NCBI GenBank assembly: GCA_965202585.1
Contig: OZ241826.1
Coordinates: 64,666,001 to 64,730,000, forward strand
Origin: Thalia democratica
Taxonomy: Eukaryota
Reading direction: 5' to 3'
DNA length: 64,000 nucleotides
Below the pieces are notes generated by a model. It had not been told where the DNA came from and ran no database searches. It saw nothing but the letters and a program-made list of their open reading frames with translations. A program made the position numbers and the translations under genes. The stretch's first letter is position 1. Each line of letters starts with the position of its first letter. Below, piece after piece: positions 14,301 to 26,560 of the stretch.

Positions 14301-16466
14301 TACATACTATAGTGCTAAACTTATGTCTAACAAATAAAATTATATGCTTAATAAAATTCTAAGTGTTAATGCATTAATTATTTTCAACTGTATTTAAAAT
14401 GTAAAACTGTATACAAATCCCAATGTAGAAAAGTTTTCAGGATTTTCTTCCTATAAGTCAAGTTCCTGATTAAATATCCACTCTAATATATTCATTTGTA
14501 ATTAAATGATGTGGATTATTATTTTTGTTCAATGTAAACTTAGTTTAAATTATATAAGTATAGTTAGTTTTTTAAGCATTTATAATAAGTTTTAATTTTT
14601 AAACCTTGTAAAATATTTTAAAATTTGTTAACACTTGGTTATTAATTGTAAGTAATCTTATTTAGTTATTAAAATATTTCTTCTGTGTCTTAACAAAAAA
14701 TTCCTAGTTATTAAATTTGATCATTTTTAAAAGGGCAGATTGATGTACATTGATGACATAATGCAAAAAATTCATTATAAACTTGATATAAGAATTCTAA
14801 ATATATAATAATCTTTTTGTTTAAAGTTTAAAGTTTGTCACACACTCAGGATAACTCTGTTAGATGTCTATCAATACATGAATAGTGGCATAAACAGGTT
14901 GTTCAAACACTTTGGCAACTAAAGCTATTTTGTAACTTCATGTTAGATTTGATGTTTTTCTTCAATATCAGTTGAGTTTTATGACTAAAAACTTATTTTT
15001 TCTTAAAGTTTTGGTTTCACATAGTCCTAAAATTAATTAAGTATTTTTCGGCATTTAGGCACAATTAATGGTACTTTTTAATCAGTTTTAGATCATGTTA
15101 GTTTTTCCTTCAATTTTATGTAAACTACAAGTATAAAATAACTCAGCCTACTTAAGTTTTTCATTTTGATTATGGATTTTGTATAACATTGAATTATATA
15201 AATTTATCTAGGCTTGATTAACTTTTTTTTCACTACTTATGTACTGATTAGATTTTTTTTAATTTTCAGCTAATCAGTCTTGAGATCAATTTTTGGTCAC
15301 TTTGCTGAATTTTTGCATCAAAAAATTTCAATTAAGTTTAAATAACATGAAATATAACTGTCTTGACTACCATGCGTAGGTGTTTAAATATGAATCCTAG
15401 AGTACTTTACTTTGCATTGAAAGTGATTTCAATTAGTTAAAGTTAATAATACAACCTTATAATTATATCCTTAAAATTTAATCCTTATAATGGCTGTTTC
15501 AGTAGTTTAAAGTGTGAAATGGAATTACTAGTAAAATCAAACATTAGTTGATCTACTGACTACTAAATTCCTGGTTAGTTTTTAACATTTTGAATGTTTT
15601 TGCTGGTTTTGAATTTGCTGGTTATATAATTGATGTTATATTATGAATAAGTTATCATAAGGAAAGTTCAATTGTTTTGAAGTACAACCAAATTTTAACT
15701 TCAGCAAGTTATTAACTCTAAAATTTATATTACATTTAGTATATTTGGGGTTACCAAAAAGCTATGAATTCTGGAAAAACCTGTATAATTACATGTCAAA
15801 TTAATAAAGTTGATAATAATATAAGTAATCGCTCTTAGACAGTTTTTTTGTATAATTTAGAAAATTTATTTTAAAACACATTTTCAGTAGCAATACAGCA
15901 TCTTTTCAATATTTTTTACAAAAAAAACATTTTAAACCTGGAAAAATTTAGAAAGCCTGAAAATTTATGAAAAAGCCTATGGCAATCCTTAAGATATTAA
16001 GTATTTAGGTTTTATTTTAAGTGTCTATAAATTTAGTCATATAACTATTCTCAAAATTACTTATTAACATCATACAAATATGATATATAACTTAAAAAAT
16101 AATTTAACCATAAGCGTTGCAAGTTGGTAAGTAAATTTTTTATATTAAGTTTTGTCAATCAGTATTTAAAAATTGTAAATTAAATAAAAAAAGAGACTTG
16201 TACTGTTAATCAAACACTTAAATATATATAATAAGTACATACATTTTTGAAATGTATGTAATAAAAATGCACAGTTTAAACCTATGTTATTAAAATGTTG
16301 TTTAAGTGTTGACTATTGGGTTTTAATCTTACAAAGTTTAACTATTACATTTTTTAATGTCATTATTAGGTTGCTACATCAACAAGTCACAAAATATTCT
16401 ATACTTATGCTTCAACTTTGATAATATTTACAGATCTCTTAGATAATAATATATAAAAAATTCAAA

Positions 16467-19400
16467 ATGGTTGAAATGAAGAAAAAGGTAAGTCTTTGTG
16501 TAAGCTTAAAATAAATTTAAAAAGAAACAAATTACAGTTAAATAATTATAATTCAATTTAATGCCTTATAAATTTCAGTTTAAAATGTGTTATATATGTT
16601 TTTTTTTCAGACTAGTAAGAAGAGCAAAGTAGCTGTTGTCAAGGCTGTCCAAAAGGATGTAAGTTATTTTGAATATTTTGACCCAATGAATAGGTTTATT
16701 ATACTATTAGACATATCCTTGAAGATTATTATGTTTTATTGCTTTAATAAATGTTTTTTTTACATATTTTCATTTATCAATAATATTTAATATTTTTTAA
16801 ATGTTTTAAAATAAGACTTGAATTTTATTAGTTTTCAACATTAAATAATAATTTACAGGTAGAAGAAGCACCTGTCAAAGTTGCTAAAAAAGAGGTTCAA
16901 AATTTTATATTTAATGTTAATTTGTTTTTACTGACTGCTTGCCTTTTTATTAACAGTTATAAGAAAATTAATTTTGTAAATTTAATTTATGCAGTTTTTA
17001 AAATAGTTACTTAAAATAAAGTTTTAACATCATTGTTTTAAAAATAATTAAAACTTGATAGCAAGCAAACAGTCATAGTATAAACTTGGTGATAATAACA
17101 CCAATTTTTGTTTAAATACTTGGTAGAAAACATCTACTTAAACTTGTGGTGCACTTAATTTGAACGTAATTGCTCTTGCTAGCTGTGGTCCTGTGTTCAG
17201 TCTCAGCTAAGCCGCCTGTCTGATGAGCTACTGGTAATGCGAAACACATGTAAAAAGCATTTGCTTCAATAAGCTTTTAAGTTGAACTCACAAATTTGAT
17301 TGTTTATTGATCAAATGCTGTTGTGGTGGTCAGTTAACCTGTAAAGTGAGTACAGGACACAGTATAGAGTACATGTGTAATGGGCTGTATTAACTCAAGA
17401 GCATGAAGGCATTCGATTTATTGTTGTCTCTAAGCGATTGGGCTAATACTTGGTTTCAACTCTTTATGAGTATATTTATAAAAAAAATTTCACATTTTCT
17501 AAAGTTTAACTTCATAAAATATTAAAAACAATTTGATATAAAACCTCATTTAAACATTTTTTCTAAATTATACTTGAAAGTTTTACAACAAACCTGTTTT
17601 AAATAACATAAATTATTAGAAATCTAAAAAGTCCAAAAAAGTTGTCAAAAAAGAAGAAAAAAAAGTAGTAGAGGAAAAAATGGAAGTTGAAGAAGAATCA
17701 TCTGAAGAAGAAAGCAGTGAGGAAGAAACTAAAGTGAGTAAACATGTTGTATGCTTAAATTTATTTGAATTTTAAAATTAGTTTGATACTCAAGTTTTTT
17801 ATCTTTATAATGTTAATTTTTTTTTGCAGCCTGTAGCTAAAAAAGCAGCAGCAAAAAAAGAAGAATCTTCTGAAGAAGAAGAATCTGAAGAAGAGGAATC
17901 TGAGGAAGAAAGTGAAGAGGTATTTTAAACTAAACATGTTAAAAGCATATAATCATAGTAAAAAGCATAAATGAACTACATGTTCAAATATATTAATAAT
18001 TGAAATAAATAATTCAAATGTAATACTTATGATGTAGGAGGAAGAAGAGAAACCTGCCAAGAAAGCTGCCAAGGCCGAAAGTGAATCTGAAGAGGAAGAA
18101 GAATCAGAAGAGGAAGAATCTGATGAAGAAGAGTCTGAAGATGAAAAGGTGAAATATAGATATTATAAAAATAAAATAAGAGTTTACTTTACAACTAGTT
18201 TGTTGGTATTTAAATAGTTTTATTAGAGTTGTTATAAACTCTTATTAGTTTTATAATATTTATTCATGCAGAAACCAGCTGCAAAGAAGGTAGAAGCTAA
18301 ATCTGATGATGATGAGGAAGATGAGAGTGAAGAAGAATCTGAAGAAGAAGAAGAGAGCGAGGAAGAAGAAAGTGAAGAAGTTGGTAAAAATAGTTTTTAT
18401 TTATTTTAATGTTTAAGCTAAAAACATATATAAAATTTTGTAAATTAATTTGTAAACTTTTATATTATTTAATTTGACTGTTATATAGGAAGAAGAAGAA
18501 GAGGAGGAAAAGCCAAAAGCCAAGAAACGCAAGGCAGACAATGGTGATGAATCTGCAGCTAAAAAGCAGAAAGAACAGGTCACTATGATGTTTACTGATG
18601 TCCCTGAAAACCTCAATGACAACTCCTTCAAGAAATACCTAAAAGAACATGGTGTTGAAGTTCTGTCAATGCGTGCCAACTGGGGAAGACAGTAAGTGAT
18701 TTTATTGTGTTTAAATGACAAACTATGATAACTTAATTAACATTATTTTCCTAGTTTAAACAATCATAGTTCTTTTCTAAATTGCTAACTTATTATTTTA
18801 TCTCAGGAAAGTTTTTGCTGACATCAGTGGTGATGAAAAAGATGCAGCATTGAAGCTTAACCAACACGAATGGGATGGATATGTGATCAGCGTTGGAGTT
18901 GATGCCCCTCGTGGTGATCGTCAACCAGGATGGAAACCAAGGGAAGCTCCAGCACCTGACCGTGATGAGCGCACACTTTTTGTCAAGAATTTGCCATACT
19001 CCGCTGATGAGGACACCATTGCTTCATACTTTGAAGATGTCAAAGAAGTCCGTCTTCTCACCGACAGAGAATCAGGACGTCCAAAAGGGTAAGTACTCCT
19101 ATATTTTTAATATTAGTTTTTTTTGTATATAGCTGGCAAACTAAAATAACTTGATTATATGGATTATTTTGTGCAAACTATTATTTATTAAAAAACATTT
19201 GTAAAATTATTATCTAAAATTGTTGATATGAAACTAATTGTTAATGTGTTTTAGAATGGGTTTCATTGAGTTCAACACCAAGGATTCCAAAGAAACTGCT
19301 TACAAGCAAAAGGACGATGGAATTGAAATCGATGGTCGTGCATTGTACTTGGATGTGCTTACTGGAGATCGCAACAGGACCGGAGGTCGTGGAGGTTTTG

Positions 19401-20764
19401 GAGGCCGTGGCGGCGGAAGAGGTCGCGGAGGATTTGGAGGCCGTGGTGGTCGCGGTGGACGCGGCGGTGGATTTGGAGGATCCAGAGGACCATGTAAGCT
19501 GAGATTGATTATTAAAAATAATATTTTTTTGCAATAATCATGGTTGTCAAAAAATTGGGATCCTGGATTTTGACAATTTAGGCTAAAAAATCTGGAATTT
19601 GAGAAATGAAATAAAAACCTAGAGTTTTGAATAAAAATCACTAAAAAACTTGAAAAAGTCAGGAATTATAACAATTTTTACATGCTAAGTAGTAAAACTT
19701 TGATTTGACACAAAATGTTTATCATATAGATAAAAATATTAATAACCATCAGGCATTTTTATATAAAAAAAACACATTTAAAGAAGCTTTAAGATATCTT
19801 TTTAATGTAGTTATGCTATTGCATTAAGTTTTTTAAATTTTAAACTAAAAATAACAGACCCTATAACACTTAATTTTTAGAACCTTGAAGAAATTTTGTA
19901 AACCTGAAGAAAATTTGCCCAAAACATTTAGTTATCTTGAACAAATGATATGATCAATTTTTTATTATTATCATAATATCGGCATACAATAAAATCTAAA
20001 GAAATCATTGCCTGAAATTTATTATGCAAACATTAAGTTAATCAGTTGTGAACTGATTTGATATTATTCAAATAAACTATTTGTTTACAGCCACTCCATC
20101 GTCTACTTTGTTCGTAAAGGGACTTACAGACGAGACCTCAAAACAAGATCTTGCTTCTGTTTTCGCCGGTGCAAGTGACATTAGAATCATGACCGATAGA
20201 GAAACCGGAGCTTGTAAAGGGTTAGTACTTAAATAACAACTGCTTTAACTTTTCTGCAACTAAAAAAAAGGAATTTACTAACTTTAAATTAAATTTGAAT
20301 TTAGTTAATGCCTCTATTTCTAATTAAAAAACTGTTATACTCTCTTACAGATTCGGATATGTTGAGTTCGACTCCGAGGATTCAGCAACCAAGTACTACA
20401 AGAGCAGCAAGGGCGGCGTTGACGTTGGAGGCTCCAATGTTTATGTTGATTATGCCAAAGCCAGAGACAACTCCGGTGGCTCCCGTAAGTTTCTGATATT
20501 CATTTGCTGTTTTGTTTGGTCAATCAACCTCATGATTTAAACAAAATAACAGTTTCATTTATAACTTAATTAAAAAATTAAATTAAATCAGGAGGCGGAT
20601 TCGGAGGTCGCGGTGGCGGACGCGGTCGTGGAGGATTTGGCGGACGCGGCGGCGGTCGCGGAAGAGGCAGGGGCGGATTCGGTAGCAATGCAGCTGCTGC
20701 TAAAAACAAGGGAACTGTTCAGGAATTCCAAGGAAAATCCACCACTTTCGACGACTCTGACTAA
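16467..20764 (+). CDS. NCL: Nucleolin-like protein (basic/acidic N-terminus, 3 RRMs, internal and C-terminal RGG/GAR domains), ~562 aa, 13 exons
   Basis: Exons 16467-16487, 16611-16658, 16859-16894, 17620-17733, 17830-17919, 18038-18148, 18272-18379, 18489-18691, 18807-19088, 19255-19493, 20091-20220, 20351-20484, 20592-20764; all GT-AG, phases consistent, total 1689 nt. Motifs: K-rich and E/S/D tracts, NLS KPKAKKRKAD, RNP2 TLFVKNL/TLFVKGL, RNP1 KGMGFIEF/KGFGYVEF, RGGFGGRGG repeats, and a C-terminal KGTVQEFQGKSTTFDDSD typical of nucleolin/Nsr1/Gar2. Confidence 0.88.
17125..17444 (+). mobile_element. ~320-bp ribozyme-bearing insert flanked by 10-bp direct repeats (retrozyme-like)
   Basis: AATACTTGGT at 17115-17124 and 17445-17454 bracket a GC-elevated, multi-helix segment containing the hammerhead. 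Confidence 0.45.
17214..17388 (+). ncRNA. Discontinuous type-I-topology hammerhead ribozyme in nucleolin intron 3
   Basis: CUGAUGA 17220-17226; G17227-C17240 closing a short stem II; GAA 17241-17243; stem III ACACAUGUA 17244-17252 pairs perfectly with UACAUGUGU 17370-17378; cleavage triplet GUA ending at 17379; stem I GCCUGU 17214-17219 pairs with AUGGGC 17380-17385 (2 G-U) and extends after one mismatch. Confidence 0.7.
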
Positions 20765-22217
20765 TTTTTTAAGACCAAACGAGCATTCGAGTAAAAACGA
20801 TTGTTAATGTTCATTTTAGCAATTGTGTACATATATAAGTTGAACTTTTTCGAGTGATACTTCGCGTCATTAGCTTTTTATCGCGCTAGAATTGTTTTTT
20901 AGATGTATTTTATGTCGTATAGGAAAATTTTAATAAAATAACAAAAATTGAAATAGTGCTTGACTTAATTTTTATGTAATTATTTTCTGTCACTCTTATT
21001 ACATAATGGTTTAAAATAATTATGTCACAATTATAGGAGACTGAAATCCGCAGGGTTGCCAAAAAACCTGGAATTTTGAACAAAAATCAATATAAAAACC
21101 TTGATTTTTAACAATAGTTAAAAGTAAAGTTAATAAATAAATTTCGGTTTGACTCAAAATCTATCCTAAAGATAGTTTTTGTCATCAATTTTTTTTAATT
21201 AAAAACACATTTTAAAAAGTTTTTAAAAATTTTTTATACTATTCAACACAATTGCTTGCTTACCTTAAACTTAACTTTAAATTAAAAATAGACCCACATA
21301 TATGTACTAGGAAAAACATGGAGGAAATTTCAAAAACTTGAATCCAACAATATAGATAAAAAAAAAAAGCAATTTAAAAGTTGACCTTTACTATATGTAT
21401 AAATTAATTTTATCAGCAAGAGACTGTCTAAAGCAGGGTTTCCCAAGCTCATTTTTATAAACGCCCCCTTGACATAGATTTTCAAAAATAATTGCCTTCA
21501 TTAATAGATAGCGCCCCTTTACCAGTTAATTATGCTAAGTATTTTACGAATCTTATTCAGGGACAAATTCTCATATACCATAATGGAAGGTAATTACCAA
21601 GTTTTTCCACAAAATAACATAGTACTGTTTATTAATAAAAACCATAAGTAATAAAAAATCCGGCTACATTTAATGTGTTGTTTTAAAAATTGAACAGGTT
21701 TTTGAAAATTAACGTTTAGAAATAAAGGCTGATTGAAATTGAAAATGCTTATTTAAAAAAAGTTTATTTTTTAGAACTAGTTCAGAACAAATTTCAAGAT
21801 TTTTTATGAACTGTTAAAGCTAGATTAATAGTGAAATGTCTTATATTTGATTTTAAAAGAAAATTTACCCTTATTGTTATGGATAAGGGTATAGATGTTC
21901 TTAATATTCTGCTGTATCACTTTACCTCTTTTAATAATGTTGTGAATTAACACATTTCCAAAACCTAACTGCAGCCAACTTGAAAAATACATAGTAACTT
22001 CTCCCGAATCTACTTGGTTGCGTACTCTTCGTTTAGTTACGCATTTTAGAATTCTCAATTATTTTAAATCTTCGATAAAGATAGTACAACAATTTTTTTT
22101 TTGTATTGAATTAACAATTTTTATACAAAATTTTAAATGCTGATTTACCTTTATATTAAGACTCGGTAAAGTTATATTCCTTGACTCAGAAATTAAACAT
22201 TTAATTGTACCTTAGTG

Positions 22218-22674
22218 CACTGGTCGTCAAGGTGTACAAGAAACTATTTTTTGGGGTTCACAAAATTTTAGCGGTGCATGAAATTTTGAAATTACAAAAA
22301 AATATACATAGAGATTAATTATGTGGTTAATATTTAATAACGTATTTAAAGAAAACTGAACTGGGGATTTTGTAGTAATTGCGGAGAAGTGTTCAATTAA
22401 TAAGTGTGTAAGACAAAGCCATATTACTAAAATATCATTGTGAAAATAAGGTAGATCATATAAAGAGGATCAAATAAAAAGTTTCAACTCAAGTTGGTAA
22501 ATGGTTTGCATGTAAATACGAACTGAGTTATGACTTTTAAGGAGAAATGCACTAAAAAAAGTGTTTACGTAGTCCCACCACTAGCGACGCTTATTAAAAT
22601 TAGATCTTGGGGTGCACCGATTTTATTTTTTACAGCTTGGTGTATACAGAATTTAATTAGCTTGACGACCACTG
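22218..22674. mobile_element. hAT-type MITE
   Basis: TIRs CACTGGTCGTCAAG / CTTGACGACCACTG and a perfect 8-bp TSD CCTTAGTG (22210-22217, 22675-22682). Confidence 0.85.
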
Positions 22675-22789
22675 CCTTAGTGTATCAAATATTATAGAAG
22701 AAAACAGTAGTTTTAATTAAGACTCTGAAAGAAACAAGATTGTCTGACTAACAGTAATCGAAGTTCACAACACAAACATATAAAATATT

Positions 22790-23520
22790 TTCATTGCAAT
22801 ATAAATGTATTATCATCTAAAGAAACAGCTAAAAAGAAAATTTCCATCAAAATGTGGCAACGATACAAATAATATGCATTCACATTTCTCATTTTTTTTA
22901 TAGTAAATATATCATCAATTCTAGTTTTTCTGTTTCGATTGTCATCTATACAATTGCACAGCGAACGTTGAAATTTTTCGCACGTGGCCCTCAACTCTTC
23001 ATAGTGCTAGTACAGCTTTAAAAGAAAATAGTTGTGCATTTAAACTATAGGTCTTCATCATCCTTCGAGTTCAAACACTTCTTCCTCTTAAAAACTTAAA
23101 CAGTTTTATAATGAAGTTTTAGGTATGTTCGTGGGTTCAACATCATTGTTGACCGCTAAAACCTCCTCGAAAATACTTATTGATTATTATAGAGTTGTTT
23201 CGTCATCCATTATAATAAAACCGCTTACATATTTGGACTCTGTTAACTAATATTTTTCTATTAACCAACCAAATGAAAGTGGTTCATCTTCAAGTCAACT
23301 TTTATAAAAGCATTTCTTACAGTTTTCTCCGATATTAGCTTCCATACATTAATACTATTGTACAAAAAACAGCCGTAGGTGTTTTCGCTATTTCTTGTTT
23401 AATTACGTTCTCACGTTTAGCTACGCACTTTGAGTATGAACACAATGTGCGTAGATTCGTGAGAGGTGACTGTACCAAGAAAATTATCCTCTTTGCAAAT
23501 AAAAATTTCTAGCTGGATAT
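22790..23520 (-). mobile_element. Decayed pogo/Tigger-like DDE transposase 3' fragment
   Basis: Minus-strand pieces NSINVWKLISEKTVRNAFIK (like A...W..VS..TI.NCF.K) and a C-terminal RKTRIDDIF (like KQTKITDFF); many stops. Confidence 0.4.
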
Positions 23521-26412
23521 TAAAATTGTGAATAAAGCTAATTAAGTAACTGAAATGAGTAGAACAAATTTTAAAATAGATAGCAAGCCTATTTAGGTTG
23601 CATTTGATTAAGTTATAGTTTTACCTATTCATCGAACTGTATTGTATGTTTATAAAACAAATATAATCAGTAACAATATTTAATTGTATTTGAGTTCTTT
23701 AAATATTAAAAATCAAGTTTAAGGTAAAAAAGACCTGGAATTTTAAACAATTTTTATATGTTAAGTAGTGAAATTTTGATTTAATACAAAAAAGTTATCA
23801 TATAAATTTTTTTTTGTGATCATCAAATAATTTTTTCAATTAAAAACACATTTTAAGAAGCTTTTAGATATGTTTATAATGTCGTTTTACACAGTTCTTT
23901 ACCTTGAAACTAATTTTAAACTAAAAATAGACCCTAAAACGTGTAATATTAAAAACCTGGAAGAAATTTTGAAAATTTGACTACCAGAAACAGTTGGCAA
24001 CCCTGCATTGCTCAAACTGTCTGTTTGATTTATATGAAGTAGAGTAGACTAAAGAAGTATCTATTATTTATAAGATAGTAATTAAATAAGGTAGTATTTT
24101 CGTATGACTAGTAGTATAAACAAATTAAGTGATGCACAATCTCTTTGTGATTACTTTGTATCTGTTTCTAATATTTTTGTAATATAAAATAAGCTTTGTA
24201 CAATTTAATTCAGTGTTCTGTGAAAAAGTTAGTTGATTTAAGTAAGTAATCTATAACTAAAGTAATTTTATTTAAATCTTAGCTAGAAACAAAAATATAA
24301 TTGCAGTAAAATTATTGATCTACCAACTTTTTTTTTAATGAAGTTCTTTCCAGATCGATTAGTTTATTTTTAATTTTTATTACACTTTTAATTAAATATT
24401 TTAATCGTTTATTATCTGCAAAAGAAGTGATAAAGTTATCTAGACAACGAGCCAGATTTACCAGCTGTTCTTTAGGGGGCAGAAATATTAAAAAGTTAAC
24501 CTGGGTAGGCTGCAAAAGTTTTGAAATTTGTACAGTTATTTATTTTTAAATTTAAAAACGTTAAGGTGTATGGAAATAATAAAATAATAAGCATTACTGT
24601 ACCAAAAATCAGAATAATACCAAACTTGCTATATAAAAGCAGAATATTAAATGTATTGGTCAAACTGTCTTCAAGCTAAAAAAAATTGTCGCACGCCAGA
24701 GGTTTCTGCTTCGCAGGCCGTACTTGGTAAGTTATTAACCTATGATTTTGTGATAGCTAATGGTTAAAAGAAATTATGCCGAAAAAATCTGGTTTGTTAA
24801 TAATTACTTCAATCGATTTTGTAATAAAACGGGTTTGGACAAAATACGGCCTGAGGGTAATATACGGCTGCTTAATAAACTAGTAATGATGAAAACTTTT
24901 AGTAAACTGAGATATGGCAAAAAAAACTTGAAAAAAAAATTTACAACTATGATATTATTTAAGCTTATAAACATTGTGGTAATAGTTATATTTGTATAAT
25001 TTTCTGCAAAGACAAATTAAAAGTTTTGCTTTAGTTTAGTTTTACAAAAGGTAACAAAGTACAATCTAATAGCTTGTTTAAGTACACTAAGAAATGTTTA
25101 TGAATAAAAAATTCTTAATACCACAATGTAAAAACATTTATACTAATTGAAATATTAATTATAACAAAAATGTAAATGCTTTTTGTAGACAAAAATAATC
25201 GTAATCATTGTTTATTCACAATTTCTATATTTTTTCTTATATGCCATTTTTCAGTATTGAAATCTTAAAAATTACTCAAAAAAAAGTCTCAACTATAGGA
25301 ATACGAAAATATAAAGTAAAACGTATAACTATAGATTGCATGAAAAAAGGCATTGAAGTTAAAAGAGTATATAAAATTTACATATGAATTAAATTGACAT
25401 GCTGAACTAAAGGCACATTTTAAGTGCATGAGAATCTAAACTTTCGATGAGTTGTTTTATGATGTCAAAAGTGGGATATTATTTAGATAGGAGTTCTTTA
25501 AAAATGGTGTATTACAGCTTGTTCTGTTCGCATATTCAGTATTGTACATCCGCTTGGGGTGGTGTTGCTGTTTGAAACCAATTATTAGTATGCAAAAAAG
25601 TATAGTAAGATATGTTCGTCGCGTGCCTGTAGTGACTCCAACAAATTTCTTGTTTGCGGTAGCTGGTGTTTTGAAATTCTATGAGGTGTTTAACAAGCAA
25701 TTTTTTAAAATTATGCTGAATACTTAGAGATGATTTATAGTTGAGCCTAATTGTTTTACTCCAGTTAGTATGGTTCATACACACAAATTACTAGACGTTA
25801 AAAAATAACTAAAATACATTAAAAAATACCTAGAACTAGATGATACTCATTCAGATATTTGGTCCTAAGTTGTGGTCTGTTGTCCAGAAAATCTTAAAAA
25901 AGTATGAGTTTAAGTAGAGTTCTATAAGTTGTTGTTGAGCCAGTATACTGAGTAAATTTGAATGCTTTTGAATCTGTAATTTGCGTTACATGCGAGTGCT
26001 GCTAACTGTGTTTATGTGATATTTGTCATGTGTTTATCTTAGCGGTTTTTAATAAAAGGTTCGTTTTTTGCATATTTATACTAATATATATTTAGTTAGT
26101 TCTGGTTTATTTATAAAGGAAAATAACATACGTTGATTTATTAGCATGTACATTTACTGTTTTATTTTACTAATTCATTACTATCTTTTGCAGAAGTTTA
26201 CTTAAATTTTTTATTTTCTTTTTGTTTAGATTATTTTTTATTTTAGATATTTAAGGTTTGAAAGCTTTAATTTAATTAGATAATTTTTAAATTTTATTAG
26301 TTTTGTTGCAGTAAGTAGTTTAGTTGTACAAATAAACCTTTAATAAACAAATTATTAAGATATTCTTTAGTTTTAAAATTAGTGTTTCCAAACTTTTCCC
26401 TAAAGGATTCAA

Positions 26413-26560
26413 TTAATCGTGAATATGAAAGTTTCGTTGTCTATAAATCCACAGGTCCAGGCGATCATAACAACCAGTATGTTGGTGAGATCGAACGATA
26501 ACTGTTTGTAAGAATAAAAGAGCATGTAGCTCCAACTAACAGTGCAGTGTTTAAAAATAC
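26413..26560 (+). mobile_element. Third Penelope-like GIY-YIG fragment
   Basis: Translation SFVVYKSTGPGDHNNQYVGEIER*LFVRIKEHVAPTNSAVFK matches the VVY...YVGET.R.L..RIKEH motif. Confidence 0.7.

Noticed and set aside
17125-17470. Intronic snoRNA (vertebrate nucleolin hosts snoRNAs) or telomerase RNA as the explanation for the structured insert
   Set aside because: There is no terminal C/D pair. H-box-like AGAGUA/AGAGCA occur but without a correctly placed ACA. There is no CUAACCCU template. The hammerhead interpretation explains more nucleotides.
19241-19641. Minus-strand and alternative-frame ORFs (97, 113 and 78 aa) over the nucleolin RGG exon; also 18413-18721 and 20613-20807
   Set aside because: These are shadow ORFs of GC-rich repetitive coding sequence.
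21051-24005. Possible 3-kb composite transposon between CAGGGTTGCCAA and TTGGCAACCCTG
   Set aside because: The flanks (AATCCG vs CATTGC) show no TSD, and each end belongs to a separate same-orientation partial MITE copy.
25380-25800. Minus-strand ORF faintly resembling a CR1 RT C-terminus
   Set aside because: Too degenerate to call; the motifs are only partly recognisable.
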